Shown: positions 15,381 through 24,900 of the stretch, in pieces
Layout of the letters: the number at the start of each line of letters is the position of its first letter
How positions within the stretch are numbered: the first letter of the stretch is position 1
From: a virus
Lineage: Duplodnaviria; Caudoviricetes
IMG/VR virus record: IMGVR_UViG_3300036904_000011
Span: 1 to 31,804 of that record
DNA: 31,804 bases
Direction: 5' to 3' (one strand)
Notes under the pieces: model-generated
Databases searched by the model: none
Told to the model about the DNA's origin: nothing
What the model saw: only the letters and a program-made list of their open reading frames with translations
Program-made: the position numbers and the translations under genes

Positions 15381-18119
15381 CTATTTCTTCCAGTATCCTG
15401 CGATATTGTAGTCAAACTCCATGATTACCTTTTTCATCTTGGTTGCCGCCGCCCGTTTGAAAGCGTCTCCAATCAATTCTGCTACAATTTTTCCATATTG
15501 CTTTGGGCATTGTACGACAAGTTCATCGTGAACAAACTTAATCAGCTTTGCCTTGTACAACAGCAAAGTGTGCCACAGATAAGGCTTCCCATCTTTGTCA
15601 AATTTTGCCGACATCGCTAGCTTGGCAATTGTTGCGTTGGTGCCTTGAATCCTATGATTCTTTCCTTGTCTCCCGATGCCACTTGAAATTCCAATATAGC
15701 TCTTTGCAACTTCTTTTTGAGTAGGCTCACGGTGAATTAGTATGTACTCTTCTTCTTTATTAGGTTTGCGTCCTTTGACCTTTTCAAAGGTATCCAGATT
15801 TTGCTGCGCTTCATCTGTATCAAGTCTAAGGTCTTTCTCATTACGCTCTTTACAGTTCGCTCTAGCGCGTTCCGTAGTAGGCTCTGGCAGTATTCTTCTA
15901 CGGCCAAATAGATCGAACGCTTTAAAGTTGCGTTGAGCCTCCTCGCCTGAGTTCTTAAGATACGCCCAGATAATCGGATTCTTCTGTTCGTGAAGTGCCA
16001 TCAATTCTTTGGCAACCTTCATTGTCTTCTTAATCTCAGTCGCCAGTTTTCCTGGCCCTCCCCCATATGCCAAAAGAAAATTGGTACTCTTATTGTGGTC
16101 TCTCATTTCCTTGTGCAATGGACAACTACATTTTTGATGTTGTGGTTCTCCCAAAATTCTAAGGATATTCTTAGCAACACTCTGCTCATCATGGGCCTTG
16201 AAGTATGCACAATCTGCTAGTTTGGATGCAGGCCACTCTTTCTCATAGAGGAGTTCGGTTCCGACTGAGTGAACGTCCTCACCTTTGGCAAATGCATTAA
16301 TCCACACCGGGTCATTAGCGTCTTCTGCAATGATCCTAAGTTCTGCTCCTGACATATCGGCAGTTACGATTACATACTCTATTTTAGCGTACGTATTACA
16401 CGGTTTATTACACTTGGAGCAAATAGTTTGCACATCGTCGCCTAAATCCGTGTTTATATATTCAAAATAGGTGTCAGATTCACAGCATACACTTATCCTA
16501 ATATCTTCGTTCGGATCATCAGCTATAAAACAACTTCTTACCTCTTTATCTTGAGGGAGGTTTTGGCCGTTAGGTTTTTCAGACGAGCTTCTTCCAGTTT
16601 CGGCGTCGTATTGATTAAACTCACAGTGCAATCTCCCATCGCCGGGGTGTAACCATCCTTCTTCTTTACACGGATGAGTTGTCCACGTTTGCGCCCATGC
16701 GTCACCATACGTGCCGATTTCTTTAGCCAATCCGTGATACTCACGAATAGCCTTTACAACTGGAATGTCTTCATATTTCTCCAGAATCTCATCATCAAGT
16801 CCTTCGATCTTGGCTAGCTTTTTTACGTTGTCCTTGAGCAGCTTCATCAACTGTGCATCTGAGCTATAATTTACAAGGGCTTCTCCTTGACACATATCTG
16901 CCAGATTGTTGATCTTCGTTCTTTTCTTCTTCAAATCGGAGCATTCTTTTTTCAGAACTTCTTTCTGTGCCTTACGTTGCTGCTCCCATTGGCTCATCTG
17001 TATTTCTAGTTCTCGCTGCTTCAATTGGTTATCAACAGATTCATCACTTCCAATAACAAGCTTCCTACAGTCTCTTCGAAGGCTTATAAGCTGCAACTTT
17101 AGTTCCAACTCCGTGCTAGTTGGATTGTTGTATGTCTTCCACTCTGCTTCTAACTTCTCAATCGTAGAGTCACTAATCTGTTCATTCTTGGACCCAGTTA
17201 TAGGCAAGAAAAATCCATCAAGGTTTTTCACAACCTCAACCATGCGCAACTTCTTTTTGGCAACACGCGCAAGCCATGCGGCGGTATCTATTCTTTCCCC
17301 GTGAACGTGCATGTCCACGAAACTCCCTAGACATGCGTTCTCAATTTCGATTACCTCATTCAGATTGTCGCCAAGAATTAACGGGTCTAGTTTTCCCAAA
17401 TACCCAGACATGATTTTTTTGCCTTTACGGAATAAACTTCCAACAGTCTCTCCATCGGCAATCAATGTCTGAATTACTTTTATAGCCAGAGGGGTACGAG
17501 TGTCTAATGCTGCATATTCAAATTGTGGATCAGAGAGTTCATCCTCAAGGTTGAATGATGTTTGTAGCGCCTTGTCCATACTCTTGTTGAAGTATCTCCC
17601 AAACATCTCTTCCATTGAGTAGAATTCATAGTTTTTCAGATATGCACTTCCGCCTAATCCAGCGTATATACACTTCTCTGCCCACATACAATCGTAGTAA
17701 CCATATGTTCTTAATCCAAATTGCCAATATAAGCATTCATATTCAAATGCAAGATTAACTCCCACCTTCAACCACTTGTCGCTGCATAGATAAAGTTTTA
17801 ATCCCATTAACAGTTTATGAAGATTGGGTGCTTTCTCTAAATTCTTCCCGTAGTCACCCTGACACGTATATAATACGTCTGAGTCTGAGCAAAATGCCTT
17901 TAAGTCGATTACATATTGCTCAGTAGATGTTCCGAACTGCATGGTCCTCATGCGCCTATAGAAGAAGTCTTTTGTGACGGTGGTCTCTACGTCGAATCCG
18001 AACTCAAATGTGCGCTCTAGGAAGTCGATCAGCTTTCCTATTGACTCATCGTCAACAACTCGCGTGATATTTGGTGGCGGGTCGAGTATAAGTGGCGTGC
18101 GTTCAACGATATTATCCAT
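15381..18119 (-). CDS. polA: family A DNA polymerase with 3'-5' exonuclease domain (912 aa)
   Basis: Exonuclease motifs FDVETT, NLAFE and YAALD; TGRSSS..PNGQNLP; motif A ADMSGAELR, motif B R...KSTNF...YG, motif C VHDEL. No 5' nuclease domain. Confidence 0.95.
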   Translation of the reverse strand: MDNIVERTPLILDPPPNITRVVDDESIGKLIDFLERTFEFGFDVETTVTKDFFYRRMRTMQFGTSTEQYVIDLKAFCSDSDVLYTCQGDYGKNLEKAPNLHKLLMGLKLYLCSDKWLKVGVNLAFEYECLYWQFGLRTYGYYDCMWAEKCIYAGLGGSAYLKNYEFYSMEEMFGRYFNKSMDKALQTSFNLEDELSDPQFEYAALDTRTPLAIKVIQTLIADGETVGSLFRKGKKIMSGYLGKLDPLILGDNLNEVIEIENACLGSFVDMHVHGERIDTAAWLARVAKKKLRMVEVVKNLDGFFLPITGSKNEQISDSTIEKLEAEWKTYNNPTSTELELKLQLISLRRDCRKLVIGSDESVDNQLKQRELEIQMSQWEQQRKAQKEVLKKECSDLKKKRTKINNLADMCQGEALVNYSSDAQLMKLLKDNVKKLAKIEGLDDEILEKYEDIPVVKAIREYHGLAKEIGTYGDAWAQTWTTHPCKEEGWLHPGDGRLHCEFNQYDAETGRSSSEKPNGQNLPQDKEVRSCFIADDPNEDIRISVCCESDTYFEYINTDLGDDVQTICSKCNKPCNTYAKIEYVIVTADMSGAELRIIAEDANDPVWINAFAKGEDVHSVGTELLYEKEWPASKLADCAYFKAHDEQSVAKNILRILGEPQHQKCSCPLHKEMRDHNKSTNFLLAYGGGPGKLATEIKKTMKVAKELMALHEQKNPIIWAYLKNSGEEAQRNFKAFDLFGRRRILPEPTTERARANCKERNEKDLRLDTDEAQQNLDTFEKVKGRKPNKEEEYILIHREPTQKEVAKSYIGISSGIGRQGKNHRIQGTNATIAKLAMSAKFDKDGKPYLWHTLLLYKAKLIKFVHDELVVQCPKQYGKIVAELIGDAFKRAAATKMKKVIMEFDYNIAGYWKK

Positions 18120-18126
18120 TCATTCC

Positions 18127-18155
18127 ATTTTACAACAGAGCGGTCAGTTTGTCAA
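18127..18155 (-). promoter_or_regulatory. polymerase promoter
   Basis: TTGACA-17 bp-TAAAAT, 7 nt before ATG 18119. Confidence 0.8.
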
Positions 18156-18188
18156 GTAAAAATAAACTAAATTTCTTTTGCAAAACCC

Positions 18189-18217
18189 TTGACAAGCCGA
18201 TTGACTTGTGTTATTAT
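18189..18217 (+). promoter_or_regulatory. RNase H promoter, divergent from the polymerase promoter
   Basis: TTGACA-17 bp-TATTAT with extended TG, 9 nt before ATG 18227. Confidence 0.8.
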
Positions 18218-18226
18218 GGTATCTGG

Positions 18227-18676
18227 ATGAGAACTTTAAGACTGCACTTCGATGGATCAATCTCCAACCCCAACCCCGGCGGAAACGCCGCTTGGGGCTT
18301 CTATATAACTGACAACATGGAAGTTGTTGCCGAAGGAACAGGGCCACTGGCCGGAAATCCTTTAATAAGCAACAACTATGCGGAGTTATTCGCATTGCAT
18401 AAAGGTTTGGAGAAAGTAAAAGAGATTGTCTCACAAAGTGAAGAGAAATATCAGTTGATGGTATTTGGTGATTCCCAACTTGTCATAAACATTATGACAA
18501 AGAAGTGGGGAATTGATCCTGAAAAGTTGTACTATCCAGCCTACTTGATGGCTAGGGATTCGACTGTGTGTATTCGCAAGAAGAACATATTAGTATCTTT
18601 TGATTGGATTCCTCGTGAATACAATACAAAAGCTGATGAACTTTCAAGGTGGCAACAATATGAATTGGTTCATTAA
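18227..18676 (+). CDS. rnhA: ribonuclease HI-family protein (149 aa)
   Basis: FDGS..NPG, NNYAE, GDSQLV and WIPRE.N..ADEL; the four catalytic acidic residues are present. Confidence 0.9.
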   Translation: MRTLRLHFDGSISNPNPGGNAAWGFYITDNMEVVAEGTGPLAGNPLISNNYAELFALHKGLEKVKEIVSQSEEKYQLMVFGDSQLVINIMTKKWGIDPEKLYYPAYLMARDSTVCIRKKNILVSFDWIPREYNTKADELSRWQQYELVH

Positions 18677-18733
18677 TGAGTCCGTAAGGGCCTTAATGTA
18701 CTGTTTATGAGTCAAAGCATCAGTATATTACCG

Positions 18734-19097
18734 GCAGTAAACATCTCTGACTGTGCAAGTCTCGGATGGTAGTTAGGTTAGCTGATGACCGTGCAGGAGA
18801 GCACGGCGCAAAGGGTAGAGGTTCGGACTGCCTGAGTACAGGCACTGAGGGAATTGCCAACTATGGTCTGGTAATTCTAGGATACCTTTTCAAAGAATGC
18901 GTGATTGTAAAAATGCAGACATAGCAATGTTTGTAGCGGACCCAGTCTAGGAAGCACTCCTTTACTGACACCGATTTGAAGCTACCTCCGGGGACACTAC
19001 TAGTGTGTTGATGCGCTATCATCAAGAATCTAGTCTAGTTGGTAAGATGACACCGTTAGTTGTTTACACGGCAGAACATCTCGACACTGTTTACTGC
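18734..19097 (+). ncRNA. candidate large structured RNA
   Basis: 10-bp long-range closing stem GCAGTAAACA/TGTTTACTGC with at least six nested helices, in an ORF-free gap of about 860 bp. Confidence 0.55.
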
Positions 19098-19358
19098 AAG
19101 AGCCGAAAGGTTTGAAATAGGCCATAGAAATCATTGTCTCTGTTGCCCTATTAACGGGTAGATACGGGAGAACACTATCCTGTCCCTGCAAGAGTATACT
19201 TGTTAATTAAGTATATTTAAAGTATATAAAGTGTTATCTTGGGGCAAGATAGACGCAGAATAGGGGCTATAAACAGTTCAACTTTAGTTTGGGAAAATAA
19301 GAGAATATTTATTTCACCTTTAGTTTCAAGCACTTGCAGACCATTTTTTGAGAAACAC

Positions 19359-19389
19359 TTGACAAGGCGGGGGCAACTCATGTTATACT
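19359..19389 (+). promoter_or_regulatory. promoter with extended -10
   Basis: TTGACA, then TG-T-TATACT; the 19-bp spacer is longer than optimal. Confidence 0.6.
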
Positions 19390-19542
19390 GGTAGTATCTT
19401 ACAATAAGAACAGTGGTTAAAGTAACAAGGAAACAAGTCCCGGCTCCTCCTAGTTATGAGCTAACGCTTGTAACTACCGGGACTTGATATTGAGGAACGA
19501 GGGCCACTCTAAACGGTGGCCCTTTCATTTATGGAGAATTAC

Positions 19543-19812
19543 ATGCTACCTATTGCCCTACAAGTAACGATTGCCTCTACAGGCGTAGCACAACAGCTTC
19601 CTGCCAATCCTTTAAGCATAGGTTACACATTTTCTGCACCGAGTTCTAACACGGGATCCGTTGTGGCAGGGAACAGTTCAGCAGTCACATCTTCAACTGG
19701 TTATATCATAAGCAAGGGAACATCTTCACCATTTGTGCAATTTCAAGGAAATACGAACTCACTTTGGGTTGTTGGAACGGCAGCAGATGTAATCTCCCTA
19801 ATAGGAACATAA
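19543..19812 (+). CDS. small beta-rich protein, possibly virion-associated (89 aa)
   Basis: ATG 19543 after GGAG; S/T/G/V-rich with almost no charged residues. Confidence 0.75.
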   Translation: MLPIALQVTIASTGVAQQLPANPLSIGYTFSAPSSNTGSVVAGNSSAVTSSTGYIISKGTSSPFVQFQGNTNSLWVVGTAADVISLIGT

Positions 19813-19994
19813 TGAGAGCATCAAATACAGTAGACAACTTGAAAGGTATTGATCGAGACGAAGCAGTTGCAATGGGTCGCATTTACTTTTCGATAAGCCC
19901 CAGAACGGACTCAACTACACTTCGTGTTAATCCATTACCAACAACTCTGGATGCAACTGGCAAGAACGTATTTAATACGCAAGAACAAGTTTAA
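19812..19994 (+). CDS. hypothetical protein (60 aa)
   Basis: TAATG stop/start overlap with the previous gene. Confidence 0.6.
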   Translation: MRASNTVDNLKGIDRDEAVAMGRIYFSISPRTDSTTLRVNPLPTTLDATGKNVFNTQEQV

Positions 19995-20035
19995 AAGAGC
20001 GCCCGTATAATACTTTATACAATAATCGTGGCGCT

Positions 20036-20059
20036 AAGCCCTGAAGAAGGGCTTTTATT
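20036..20059 (+). terminator. intrinsic terminator
   Basis: AAGCCCT-GAAGA-AGGGCTT-TTATT. Confidence 0.6.
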
Positions 20060-20121
20060 GAGGGGCACATAGTTTTATAGACGTATGACGCGGTGTGCCC
20101 CCTAGAGCCGGGAGATTACCC

Positions 20122-20541
20122 ATGTACTCGAAAGTCAGGGTCAAGCGTGGAGCATTGAACTACTTTCGCAGAATGGCTCGTAAATCATATCCTAAAGAAA
20201 TACAAGTGTACTTGTTAGGCAAGATTGTATCCATGGATGAAATACATGTGACAGATTTTGTATATACAAATAAGTATTTCAAACAGACAACAAATACAGT
20301 AGTTTGGACACAAGAGGAATATAATAAATTAAAGCTACGAGCAGAATTAGAAGGCAAGAAGATAGTAGGGGATGCACACAGTCATCCAGATTGGGATGCT
20401 GTTATGAGTCCAACTGATTACGCCGGGGCGATCATAGAGTCATTATGGCTTTGTGGTATTTGCTCTATACATGTTAATAGGACTAGATTTAGATTCTGGA
20501 CCCCAACTTCTGCATTGCCGTGCAAGATTATTTACTCATAG
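20122..20541 (+). CDS. JAB/MPN (JAMM) metallo-isopeptidase family protein
   Basis: Upstream Glu (PKEIQ) and VGDAHSHP-x5-MSPTD fit E-xn-HxH-x7-S-x2-D. Confidence 0.85.
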   Translation: MYSKVRVKRGALNYFRRMARKSYPKEIQVYLLGKIVSMDEIHVTDFVYTNKYFKQTTNTVVWTQEEYNKLKLRAELEGKKIVGDAHSHPDWDAVMSPTDYAGAIIESLWLCGICSIHVNRTRFRFWTPTSALPCKIIYS

Positions 20542-20555
20542 TTCTGGAGGGAACA

Positions 20556-20990
20556 ATGGGACAAAGAGGAAGACCACCTAAGAAAAAGAGAACTCCTGCT
20601 GACATTCCCTTCAAAGAAGTAAAGAACCATCTACTCAAGTGTTGCCGGAATATAAACCTACCGGCGACTCGCCACTCTGTAATGACCACACTGTTGATGT
20701 GGTGGACATTTATTGAGAACAACGACGCCGATAGAGAGAAGAAGCTTTGGGAGTTCATAGAAGTCAACTTCATGAACAAGAAAGGACAAGTCCAGTGGAG
20801 AGACGATGACGAGCCTAAGAAGTTAAATTCTGAGGGTGAGCGAATCGCCGAGTCTAAGGATGCTAAGGCGCTGTTCGACAACATAACGAGTGCATGGGCA
20901 GGAGTTCTTTCTGGAGGGAAAGACAATGCAAGCAACATTCAAAGTGCAACTTCAGGATGCACAGAACTTTCAGACCGTCTGGACACATAA
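20556..20990 (+). CDS. hypothetical protein with basic AT-hook-like N-terminus
   Basis: ATG 20556 after GGAGGG; MGQRGRPPKKKR. Confidence 0.7.
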   Translation: MGQRGRPPKKKRTPADIPFKEVKNHLLKCCRNINLPATRHSVMTTLLMWWTFIENNDADREKKLWEFIEVNFMNKKGQVQWRDDDEPKKLNSEGERIAESKDAKALFDNITSAWAGVLSGGKDNASNIQSATSGCTELSDRLDT

Positions 20991-21138
20991 AGGATTAGCC
21001 TTACCGTTGCCTCCAGAGGCTGCTCAATTCGCAACTGATTTCGCAAATATTGTATTGAGAAATTTTATAGAGTTGATGCAGCAACAAGCTAAAGCACAAC
21101 AGCCGGTATCAGAGAAAAAGTTAATCATAGAGGGATAA
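20926..21138 (+). CDS. hypothetical protein (70 aa)
   Basis: ATG 20926 after GGAGGG; overlaps the previous gene by 65 bp. Confidence 0.65.
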   Translation: MQATFKVQLQDAQNFQTVWTHKGLALPLPPEAAQFATDFANIVLRNFIELMQQQAKAQQPVSEKKLIIEG

Positions 21139-21369
21139 ATGTTATACCGCATTTACTTCAATGACAAGTCAGACTTACCTTTTATTTGGAGTTTCGATTC
21201 TGGAGATATTTCTTCAGAAGTAAAGGTTACCAATGTCAACATTGCCGATTGTCATGCGTGGACACATTATGATGTGACAGCCGATAACAAGACAAGTCCG
21301 ACAGCATGGATATATGTAATGGCGGGATATGTCGAGATAGTTGATGATGTGGTTTATTTTATGAATTAG
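21139..21369 (+). CDS. hypothetical protein (76 aa)
   Basis: Starts immediately after the previous stop codon; GAGGG RBS. Confidence 0.7.
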   Translation: MLYRIYFNDKSDLPFIWSFDSGDISSEVKVTNVNIADCHAWTHYDVTADNKTSPTAWIYVMAGYVEIVDDVVYFMN

Positions 21370-21376
21370 GTTTTAC

Positions 21377-21481
21377 TGGCAGGTCGTATAACGGCAGTAT
21401 AGGACACTTTTAATGTCTAAGGTGCGGGTTCGAATCCCTCTAATGTCTAAGGTGCGGGTTCGAATCCCTCCTTGCCAGCCA
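21377..21481 (+). tRNA. tRNA with TTT (Lys) anticodon carrying a 30-bp internal tandem duplication
   Basis: TGGCAGG/CTTGCCA-G-CCA and GGACA-CT TTT AA-TGTCT; 21411-21440 is repeated exactly at 21441-21470. Confidence 0.8.
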
Positions 21482-21499
21482 ACTCTGGAGTACACAATC

Positions 21500-21994
21500 A
21501 TGGTAGATATTTATGATGGTTTGTATGTCGGAGATGACACTGATTACGAAAAAATTAAGAGCAATTCTGACTGGCGTAGTGCCAGAATGTGTAAATTTGG
21601 GCCGGGTGGACATAAAGAAACACTAGGTTATACTACCATGTCTGCTCCAAAAGGTAAGCACTATCTATCAGTAGAAAAAGACAATAGAATTGCAATCAAC
21701 ATTATTGACATGGAAGACCCTTCAATGATTCCGGTTGAGTGTCTTACCACAGCTATAACATATGTTAAAGAACAGTTAGATTTAGGAAAAAATGTACTGA
21801 TAGCTTGTAATTCAGGACACTCCAGAGGCCCTTCAACTGGAATGGCATTCTTGCGCAGCATTGGCGAACTTCCTTACCACTTCATAAAGTCCGAAAACAT
21901 ATACAAAGTTCTATATCCTAATTACGATCCCGGCATCGGAATCCGTCAACTATTGCGAGAACACTGGGGGGATTTGCAAGACATGGAGGTTTAA
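21500..21994 (+). CDS. dual-specificity/PTP-like (CX5R) phosphatase
   Basis: ATG 21500 after GGAG; GLYVG N-terminus and VLIACNSGHSRG P-loop. Confidence 0.85.
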   Translation: MVDIYDGLYVGDDTDYEKIKSNSDWRSARMCKFGPGGHKETLGYTTMSAPKGKHYLSVEKDNRIAINIIDMEDPSMIPVECLTTAITYVKEQLDLGKNVLIACNSGHSRGPSTGMAFLRSIGELPYHFIKSENIYKVLYPNYDPGIGIRQLLREHWGDLQDMEV

Positions 21995-21996
21995 TA

Positions 21997-24900
21997 ATGG
22001 CCCAACTTAATCCACAAAAACTCCCCGCCTATAATGCTCTTATTAGCGGTACTGGATTTGTTAGTGCTGATGTTATTCCTCTGACTAATTATGATGGCCT
22101 AGCAGTATGCATTCTAGACGGTAACGGAAATCAAATTACAACATTTGGTGGAGGGAGCGGCACACAATATACATATGGAACTGTCAACACAACCCCAATT
22201 GGAACTGTAGCATTTGGTCAAACACCATCAAATGTATTACAAAGTCTAAGTCTTGATTCGTCAGGCAACTTAAAAGTAAACATTGCATCTGGTAGTAGCA
22301 GTGGTGTGCAATATGCCGATGATGTGGCATCTGGAGCAACCCCTACCGGAACTCTTGGCATGGGTTGGGACAGTATTAATGCTGTTGTACGAGCATTGAA
22401 AGTAGATACTACTCAGAACTTGTACGTTAATGTATCAAACTTTCCATCAACTCAAAATGTAAACATTCAGAACTCGTCTATAGCTGTAACTGGAACTTTT
22501 TGGCAAGCAACACAGCCCGTGTCTATATCCGGTACTGTAGCAACATCTTCCGCGCAACTTCCCGCAGCATTAGATGGTAGTGGAAATTTAAAAGTAGCCG
22601 TAGAGAATTCCCCGTCTGTTAGTGTATCTAATTTTCCATCTACTCAGCCTATCTCTGGAACCATCGCAGTTTCAAACTTCCCATCGACACAAGCGGTTAC
22701 CGGAACATTCTGGCAGACAATTCAACCTGTATCCCAATCTGGAGCATGGACCGTTGCAACAAACGCCGACTCTCCTAGAGCGGGGGGAATTGCCCCATCT
22801 ACAGCTCTTGTTATAGGCGGTACTTACAATAATCCTAGATTGGGCTTGACGGCAGGTCAAAGTGCAGGACTGTCCATTGATAGTGATGGAACATTGTTAG
22901 TCCAAGTAGTTGACTGGACTGCTGGAACTCTTACAATATCAGGAACAGTAACTGCCAACCAAGGAACAGCTAACACAGCGGCGAATGCGTGGCCTAGTTA
23001 CATTACGGTATCAGGATCGGCAATCGATCCTCGGCAAATCAGAGCACTTACTTCTTCAGACCAAATTACCATATCCAATTCATCCATCGCAGTAACGGGA
23101 ACATTTTGGCAAACCACACAGCCTGTTTCAGGCTCCGTGTCAGTTTCAAACTTTCCTGCTACACAAGCAGTATCATGGTCAGGGCAATCTGTAGCAGTTA
23201 CAGGCACAGTTACTGTATCAGGTACAGTCGCATCTACACAATCTGGAACATGGACTAACACAGTCACTCAGGCCACTGGCACCAATCTTCATGCAGTTAT
23301 CGATTCAGGGTCCGTGACTATCACAGGAACTCCTGCCATCAGTGGTACCGTCACAGCCAATCAAGGCACGGCTAATACTGCCGCTAACGCATGGCCGACA
23401 GCCACGATTGTCTCTGGTGCGGCTATTGACCCACGTCAGATTCGTGCTCTTACCTCTGCCGATGTGGTCTCCCTGCCCACAGCACAGGTCACCACGCTCA
23501 CTCCTCCGACCGCTGCTGCCATCGGCACTGCTGTGGCTGCTCCGACTGCTGCGGCTATCGCTTCCGCGATTGTCGCCAATCCACCGACCACACCGCTGCC
23601 TACAGGGCAGGTAACTACCTTAACGCCACCCACCGCCGCTGCGATAGGTTCGGCAGTCGCTTCGGCTCTGACCAATCCGCTCCCGGTCAGCATTGCTGCG
23701 ACTGTGAACACTTCCGACGCTCACGCATACGCCATTGGTTCAACGACCTCAGGACAGAGCGGGTTCTTGGAATTCGGGGCAGTAACTTCCACCAACCCGG
23801 TTTACACCACAGCCACATCTGAACCTCTTTCCTTGAGTCAGATTGGTGCCCTTCGTGCGGACGCTACAGCGTGGGGCGGAACCGCAGTGTCCGCTCCGAC
23901 AGTATTTGGTGTCTCCCCAATTAGCTCCAGCGGGACAACCTCCACTTATGCCACCACGGGTGCCAGTTCCCCCTCGGCTCTCGCCTTTGATAGCTCAGGC
24001 AATGCTTGGGTCGGAGGCAACAACGGAGTTGTTCAGTTATCCCCTACAGGAACCATCCTACAGACCCTGACTCCAACCGGAAACATTCGTGGCGTAGCTG
24101 TTGACTCATCCAATAACGTGTGGGTAGGAGACAACACAGCCAACTCCATAATCGAATACTCATCTGCCGGTGCCTTGCTCAACACCTACACGACCGGCAT
24201 ACACGGACCTCGCATCATCGCCTTTGACAGCCTTGGAAATCTTTGGGTGCCGAACAACGGCTCAAATACACTCGTGAAACTCTCTTCGGGGGGTACTGTA
24301 CTTGCTACGGCTACAGTGGGTAACGGCCCCTTCGCGGTCGCGATTGATGCTTCCAACAATGCTTGGGTATCTGTTCAAAACACGTCCTCGGTCGTGAAGG
24401 TTTCTAACTCTGGAACAATCTTGGGCACCTTTGCACTGGCTACGGGCGCAGACCCGTATTGTATCGCGATTGATGCGAACCAAAATATCTGGACGGCTAA
24501 CTTCGGAAATGGCACCGTCAATGTTCTCTCCAATGCGGGTGTGATACTTCAAACTATCACTCTTCCGACAGGTGCCAAGCCCATCAGTATCGCCATCGAC
24601 TCTCTTGGAAATGCTTGGGTTTCGGGAGGCACAGGGGGCGACAACAACATCCATGTCATATCACCCGGTGGGGCGGTAATCGCCTCCTATCCAACAGGTG
24701 CATCACCCTATGACGTGGGTATCGACTCCTCAGGAAACGTATGGGTGACAAATGAGACGGCCAACAGTGTTACCAAGCTGAGTGGATACTCGACCAGCAC
24801 AGGCATTGCCACCAATGCTTCCTTGTTCTCAGGGATAACCCCTCTGACCAACACAGCCGGTGCATTGAACGTCAATGTATCATCTGGGTCTATATCTGTA

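Noticed and set aside
18680-19260. Group I or II intron, or RNase P RNA
   Set aside because: No P7 GACTA/TAGTC pair, no GTGCG start or full domain V, no GAGGAAAGTCC, and no interrupted gene on either side.
19434-19500. HDV-like (theta) ribozyme
   Set aside because: GTCCCGGCTCCTC superficially resembles the HDV P2-P3-L3 region, but I could not build P1, P1.1 and P3.
20556-20990. Terminase small subunit
   Set aside because: A basic N-terminus alone is insufficient; there is no recognisable HTH pattern and it lies 6 kb from terL.
21413-21499. N-terminal MSKVRVRIP repeat on the phosphatase
   Set aside because: It is the translation of the duplicated tRNA segment; the real start is ATG 21500.
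23940-24790. Host assignment from the NHL-like propeller or the tmRNA type
   Set aside because: The repeats recall Acidobacteria-type proteins and the tmRNA recalls the alphaproteobacterial form. These hints conflict and cannot be tested without searches.
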